The notes under the pieces were generated by a model. It was not told the origin of the DNA and searched no databases. It saw nothing but the letters and a program-made list of their open reading frames with translations. From the NCBI GenBank assembly GCA_965153355.1, contig OZ231126.1:40610001-40674000 (forward strand): a stretch of DNA of 64,000 bases, read 5' to 3'. The stretch comes from Flaccisagitta enflata. Lineage: Eukaryota. Below are positions 56,783 to 64,000 of this stretch, piece by piece. The position numbers and the translations under genes were made by a program. Within the stretch, counting starts at the first letter, position 1. Each line of letters begins with the position of its first letter.

Positions 56783-57140
56783 TATGAAAACGCAAAATTA
56801 CAAAATTACAAAATTACAAAATTACAAAATTACAAAATCACAAAATTACAAAATTACAAAATTACAAAATTACAAAATTACAAAATTACAAAATTACAAA
56901 ATTACAAAATTACAAAATTACAAAATTACAAAATTACAAAACTACAAAATTACAAAATCACAAAATAACAAAATAACAAAATTATAAAATTACAAAATTA
57001 CAAAGTTACAAAATTACAAAATTACAAAATCACAAAATCACAAAATTACAAAATTACAGAATGACAAAATCACAAAATCACAAAATCACAAAATCACAAA
57101 ATCACAAAATTGCAAAATTATAGAATTACAAAATCACAGA
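56783..57140 (+). repeat. 8-bp satellite (AAAATTAC)n
   Basis: Direct reading; variants AAAATCAC and AAAATAAC. Confidence 0.95.
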
Positions 57141-57401
57141 AGCCTGTGATAGGTGGACAGACTTACCTCTCCATGGATGTCATGGCTTGTTGCTGTACTT
57201 ACCATCGCCTATTTATACCCGTCTCTCCCCTGTCTAGGGGCTCTTGTCATTGATGTCTTCTGATATGTCACTGATACTCTGGGTTATGATATATACTGAT
57301 ATTACAGAGGTCTATATTTGCTATTATCCGTCTTTCTTCCTTTATCCCTGGGGGCTGGGTTAGTTCATAGGATTATGGATACTTCCTCCTTCCGCCCCCA
57401 T

Positions 57402-58301
57402 CCACTGTCCGCCAGAACACGGAATGAGTTGACTTGAAATGATCATCTACAACACTGAGTTTTGAGTCCTTGTGGTGTGTATAATACAAATCTAAAAAGA
57501 ACTAAATCATTTTTGTGGTGCTTTTTGAAATATGTACAAAAATAGTACAGATTTAGTACATTTTTCATCATAATTTTTTGTGATGATTTGTTTTAGTATT
57601 TTTGACCACAGATTTGGACTCAATGGATGGCTTGCGGTTCGTTTGATATGTCACACTGTATACATCTGAAATAATGAACCTCACTCTTTTAATTGTTCTA
57701 TTTACCTTTGATTAATTTTTTTTCCTGCTTTGGTTGATCAAAATACTTGTCAGAATGAGTTATTTAATAAGGATTCCGATAGAGTATTTTTTTCTCTTCT
57801 CAGTCTAAGGAGTGACAAACTTTTCTAGTTTTCAATCAAGAAAAAAATGATTTTGAAAAAAAAATCGAATCTGGCTAAGATTAAGACAATATAAGTTTCA
57901 CCTAAGCAACGAGTGTTCTGAGAATTCTCCTATGCTTTGGAAAAAGAAGTAAAAATATATCTTTTTTAAATCATTAGAAATAAATGTATTTTATAGTAAA
58001 ATGATGAAAAAATCAACTTTTTATTTCTTTTTCAAAAATATATAGTTGACATATAAAATGAACTGCAAAGCACTTGCTGAATCTGAATCTGCATTCAAAA
58101 ATACCAGAAAAGATTACCACAAAGAGTTATGTTGAAAAATGTACTGAATTTACACCATTTTTGCATATATTTCAAAAAGCGCCCCAAAAGTGGTTTAGTT
58201 TCCTTTAGATTTATGTTGTACACGCTACAATGACCCAAAAACTATCAAAGTGAGAGACGATCATTCTACCTCAACTCATTCCGTGTTTTGGCTGGTAGTG
58301 G
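57402..58301. mobile_element. Non-autonomous TIR element with CCACT..AGTGG ends and 3-bp TSD CAT
   Basis: CAT|CCACTGTCCGCCAGAACACGGAATGAGTTGA ... TCAACTCATTCCGTGTTTTGGCTGGTAGTGG|CAT, with long imperfect inverted arms. Confidence 0.75.
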
Positions 58302-59137
58302 CATCATTATCATCCTTAGTTATCCCAGGGTCCAGTCAGAGGCCCCCTTCAGTATTCAGTTACCCGAGGAGCGTCACTTTGCTCCTTACAGTTGGCGCAT
58401 CGGCCGAATTTTCTCCCGTTCCATCAGGGGGAAGGCCCGCGCTGGGTGGCGAGCAATTATCCATATCATCTGATGCAATTTTTCTTTTAGTGGCCGTAGC
58501 CACGACGTTAAGGGGTAAGTTGATGTTTCTGGGGATTTTTTTTCTTATTATTTGTTCATTGATTCATTAGTGTTCACGGCCTGTGTATTCTTTTTAGACA
58601 ATGCACGGAAGAATCTGTATAAAGTATAAACGGCATACAAGGTGGCAGCTTGATTGTTCCAAATAAGGTGGAAATCCCACTCATCCCCCACCCTGCAGTA
58701 GGTACCAACTGTAGGAAAGATAATTGAGTCGTTACTGATCCGGGCTTACTGGCCATAGGTCCGGTTTTATTTCATTTTTTTAATTCTTAAGCTCTCTCAA
58801 TTCCTCTTCTCTTCTAAGGCGTTTATTCGTATGATACATGTGTAAAAATGAATGCCGCTGGGACAGCCTAAAAGAGGGTATTACCCTGCATATTTCACTG
58901 ATTTCAGAAAAAGTTCATCTTTTGAATTTTTTTTTTCTGACACCTGAATGGAAAGGCGGAAACAATTTTTGATAGGAGGAAGAATGATACAACAACTTCC
59001 TTCCTCGATTTTTCATAAATCTTCAATGTTTAAACATGTAGTTTTCTTACAATTGAGCATAACTTATTGTTTAGAAGACAAAAACGAAGAAAAGAAAAGC
59101 GGCGGCCTATGAATTCCGGTATGTATATGGGTACGGT

Positions 59138-59912
59138 AAAATTACAAAATTACAAAATTACAAAATTACAAAATTACAAAATGACAAAATTACAAAATTA
59201 CAAAATTACAAAATTACAAAATTACAATCCATGGAGAGGTAAGTCTGTCCACCTATCACAGGCTTCTGTGATTTTGTAATTCTATAATTACAAATTACAA
59301 AATTACAAAATTACAAAACTACAAAATTACAAAATCACAAAATAACAAAATAACAAAATTATAAAATTACAAAATTACAAAGTTACAAAATTACAAAATT
59401 ACAAAATCACAAAATCACAAAATTACAAAATTACAGAATGACAAAATCACAAAATCACAAAATCACAAAATCACAAAATCACAAAATTGCAAAATTATAG
59501 AATTACAAAATCACAGAAGCCTGTGATAGGTGGACAGACTTACCTCTCCATGGATGTCAAAATTACAAAATTACAAAAGTACAAAAGTACAAAATTACAA
59601 AATTACGAAATTACAAAATTACACAAATACAAAATTACACAATTACAAAATTATTGAATAGCTAAATTACAAAATTAAAAAATCACAAAATTACAAAGTT
59701 ACAAAATGATTAAATTACAAAATCACAAAATTACAAAATTACAAAATTACAAAAATTACAAATTACAAATTACAAAATTACAAAATTACAAAATTACAAA
59801 ATTACAAAATTACAAAATTACAAAATTACAAAATTACAAAATTACAAAATTACAAAATTACAAAATTACAAAATTACAAAATCACAAAATTACAAAACTA
59901 CAAAATTACAAA
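59138..59912 (+). repeat. 8-bp satellite (AAAATTAC)n with embedded direct and inverted unique segments
   Basis: Direct reading; 59227-59289 is the reverse complement of 59493-59555. Confidence 0.95.
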
Positions 59913-60908
59913 TGAGAAGCGATCTGAATAAAGCCAGTTGGAGATTAAACAAAATGAGAGGACAGGTAAACATACAGACAGAGACGGAGATATACACAGG
60001 CAGATAGAAAGTCATACTCACAGGCACATAGGCACACAGACAGCGACACATATATGAAAAGGTACAGAGAAACAGAGAAACACAAGCACAAACAACGTGT
60101 CACTGACATTGGCTTGTGGCTACACTCATGTGTCGGTCTTAACGACATACTAAGAGGCTGTTAGGTAGAGGTCATCACAAAAGGCCATCAAGGAAGAAGA
60201 CATCCAAAGAGGCTGTTAGGTAGAGGTCATCATTGATGACTATCGTTGAGGCAGAGTGAGGCTGAGGTAAATTCAGAGAGAAACAATGGCAGTCTTTGCA
60301 TCCACTGAGATGATTATGAACGAAATTAAACACGTTTGGTGGTTCAAAAATGGTTCAATGATAAACAAGAGAGTTTTTAATTAAACTGTAATTTTACCAC
60401 AAAATCATTGTGGACAAACAAATTAAGAGAAAAAGAAATTTTCTTGCAAAAATTCCGCTCTCCGAAAAGCTCAAGCATGAAATCAGCCTTCTCAAGCCTA
60501 AAATTTCTCATAAACTTGAAGTCAACCCTCAGGCTTGAAATTACCCTCTCTAGACCTAAAATCAGCTCTCTCATGCCTGAAATAAGTCCTTCCAGCCTAG
60601 AAAAAAAAAACTTTCAAGCCTGCGTTTAGCTCTTTCAGGGCTGAAACTTAATTTCTCGGGCCTGAAATTAGCCCTACCACACCAGAAATGAGCCCTCAAT
60701 GTCTTGAAATAAGCTGTACTACTCCTGCCTTACCGTACGCGTATCCGGCCATGTTTGTCATGAATTCACACTACCTTCTTTGTTCAATTCACCCGCATGT
60801 CCAGCCATCCGTCCGTGGAATGTCCAATGAATGCTCAGTCTGTTGGTCAGTCACGAGTCTTATTTAGCTGTCTTACCAGCACTTTTACAACATACCAAAC
60901 CCAAAGTG

Positions 60909-60955
<47 letters not shown>

Positions 60956-63255
60956 CTTTTTTTTTTCTTTTTTTTTTGCTGATCTCATAAAAACTTGATA
61001 ACGTATGCGTTTCTCATAGATTTTAGAGCCAAATAAGAGCGCTCAGGTCAGCTCTGGGTCTTGCCCCGGTTTCAGCCCCGGCCTATTTGCCAGAAAAAAA
61101 AAGAAGAAGAATCACGATTCATGTGGCTTTGTTTAACTGACCGCTTTCTTGTTCGCTCGATTTGTTGATTACAAGTAGTGTATCATGGCATTAATTTCAG
61201 ATAAATGGCTTTATCAGCTACATATTCACTTGTTCATTTTTATATTCGTTGAATGATGATTGAACGGTCCTGGATCCAGAGTGATCTGTCCATTCAATCG
61301 TCCATTTCCTCAAACATCTTTTTTGACTTCTTTAAAGATACTTGAACAATGTCAATTTCCAGTGTTTAAAAAAATTTGGACTGTTTCCCCCAATTCAAAC
61401 ACGACCAAAGAATCCCCGAAAGAGAAGGAAAAAAAGTCGAGGTCAGGTCAAAGGTGAAGGAAAGATCTCGTGATTTCGACCCAAGTAAGCTGCAGGTGTA
61501 ATCCGCTGCGATTGGAATTGCATTTGTTAAGGTCGAGTCCAACGCGGTGTGACTTAACCATGTGTTGATGGTATCATTCTGCCAAGTTGGAGTAGCGTCC
61601 GTTGTTATGCTCAACGTGTCTGTTGTTATGCAAAACAGTAAGAAGTAGGCAACAGAGTTCAATGTAACGAGTCTAATCAGCAAAGTGTTTATTGCAGAGA
61701 AAAATGTACCAATGATCTTGTGCCATTTAAACAGTTGTGCAATCAACTGTTATGCAATTTGCTATTGTCTAGATTGGTAACTGTAAACATGCTTTTTGAC
61801 ATAAAGGCCTGAACACTGAGCGCAGGTGTTAAAGTCGCCAATCAGAATTGCAGAGTGGTTAGTCCAGTTGTCCAGAACAAAAGAAAAAGCCTTTCATCTC
61901 ACCTTTAATCCTGCGGGAAGCTTCGCCAAGGGGAAAAAGATTTCCGTCTTCCTTTCTCCTGTTCCCTCACCTCCCGACTTCTCTTCCATATTGCTTCCTC
62001 CTCACTATCCTAGCTTCTGATATTTCCCCTCCATCCTTCTCCTTGCATCCTGTCTTCTACGTTCTATATCGTATAGCCTCACTCTTCCTATCTCCCTTCT
62101 CACTCTATCCAAAAATCACATGGACAACGTTATTTTGGTCTTTGCAAACAGAGAGATATAAATAAAAGATACTGATGAAACAAACTGGACAATTAGAGAT
62201 AAGGAAAAAATATTAGTTGCGAACTCATTAGAAAATCTGCGATATGGAAGAGCAATGAAAGAGGAAGTGGGCGAGGAAAAATGAATAATGAGAAATGGGA
62301 GAGTAGAAGGAGAAGGAGAAGTAAGATAAGGTTAAAAAGAAGATAACGGAATGAAAGAGAGGCAGAGAAAGTTCATGTTGAGGCAAAAGTGAGTACCGTA
62401 GGAGGGTATAGAGGAGCGGTACAAAAAAAGGATCGAAGGTGCAAAATAATGATCAAAGGAGGAATGGGGGAAAAGCAAGATGGAGAGAAAATAAAGGGTA
62501 GAGCAGACTGATACTCAAAGGAGGAGGAGTTAAGTGATATAATTGCAAGAGCAGTAGAAGAGAACGATATGCAAGGGGATGGAGGGGGGAGGGGGAATGG
62601 GAAAAGAAAGAATTAGGGGTGATAGCAAAAGAGAGTATGGAAGAAAAGAGTAGAAAGAAGTGGGACAATAACGATGAGATAAAGAAAGGAAAGAATCGTT
62701 GGAAGGAGGAAAAGACCAAGGGAAAAAATAAAGAAGGGATTGCTTACGAAGATAAAAAGGAAATAATTACATAGTTGTCTCAAATGACTGTCATTCCATT
62801 TTGTTCTTTTTTCAATTTATACTCTTTGCGAAATGATGTCATTAAATCAATTATATAGGATAAGGAAGAGGAAGTCGTAATAAAGGGAGAGACAATAGAA
62901 ATAGTTGCACAAGCGTTAGTTGGTCAGCGTTATCTGTTGCCCCTAGGTCAGTAAATGTTTTTATGTGGTAGTGTGAGGGGCAGCGGTTGCGGAAGAGCCG
63001 CTGATTCATCCTTGGCTTGGATTTGAGCATAGAGGCTTGGATTTGAGCCTTGGGGCCGGAATGAGCCTCTGTACTGAGATTTGAGCCTCGTGGCTGGGAT
63101 TTAAGCCTCAAGGCTGAGATTTGGTGTCACAACTAGTATGGACGGATGAAGAATAGGAAGAAGGAGAACAAGAAGAAGGAGCAGAAGAAGAAGGAGAAAT
63201 TTTTCCTATGTTTGAAAGCATAGGTCATTGGAGGAGGCCCCTTTAGCACCGCTGC

Positions 63256-63367
<112 letters not shown>

Positions 63368-63396
63368 CAGACAGAAAGATACAGACAGACAGATAA

Positions 63397-63565
<169 letters not shown>

Positions 63566-64000
63566 GAGACAGAGACAGAGACAGAAAGACAAAGAGACAG
63601 AGACAGAGAGACAGAGACAGAGACAGCGACAGAGAGAAGAAAGGAGAAAAACTGTGGATGATGGGATTTATGTCAATTATGAATTACGTGAGGCGAATGG
63701 AGGAGCCATCCCACAAGTCCCAGCGCAATCTGCTCAACTCACAAGAGCCGGGCACTTGGAGTTGATTGCATTGAAAATGAAGCACATTTGCTGAATACAA
63801 TACGCTGACTACACTGTTGAAATCAAAAACACGGAAAATATACCGAGCTCTCAGTTTCTCAGTTGGGCTATTCGAAAGTATTGGAAGCGGTCCCGGTAGG
63901 CTCAGACAAAAATGTCACTGAAATAGGAACGCTGAACACCTAAAACTTGCGACTTTTTCGTGACCAGAAAAAAACAAGGCCGGATACACGGCTACCCTAG

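Noticed and set aside
57135-59270. Transib-like element with CACAG TIRs
   Set aside because: The inversion continues 19 bp past CACAG into the satellite and there is no TSD, so it is an inverted duplication.
61366-61746. Possible exon of another minus-strand gene
   Set aside because: It is non-repetitive and open, but no recognisable motif or partner exon could be supported.

Overview
Repeat-rich eukaryotic (invertebrate animal-like) DNA with spliceosomal introns, very abundant microsatellites and many transposon families. Most of the six-frame ORFs are microsatellite artefacts. (1) 1-3972 (-): a decayed BEL/Pao LTR retrotransposon with Gag zinc knuckles and a protease but no recognisable RT. 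(2) 7503-19305 (+): a six-exon gene I reconstructed by hand, about 1178 codons, encoding a RAG1/Transib/Chapaev-type DDE transposase with the D, D, E and CxxC/HxxxxH zinc ligands intact. It has only two disabling lesions: one TAA, and an insertion in exon 2. (3) That insertion, 10184-14304 (-), is a Penelope-like element with permuted domains (N-terminal GIY-YIG, CxC linker, C-terminal RT; Naiad type). It has an intact 915-codon ORF, an in-frame 171-bp duplication across its 5' junction, and a 3' UTR rich in stem-loops and a possible pseudoknot. (4) 19727-23959: an APE-RT LINE whose 5' part is inverted. (5) 25872-30333 (-): seven 3' exons of an ENPP6-like host gene that has lost four of the five metal-ligand positions visible here. 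(6) Many Helentron-type non-autonomous elements, plus TIR elements of Tc1/mariner, hAT, piggyBac and Chapaev-like type. All calls come from motif reading and manual translation; no database search was run.
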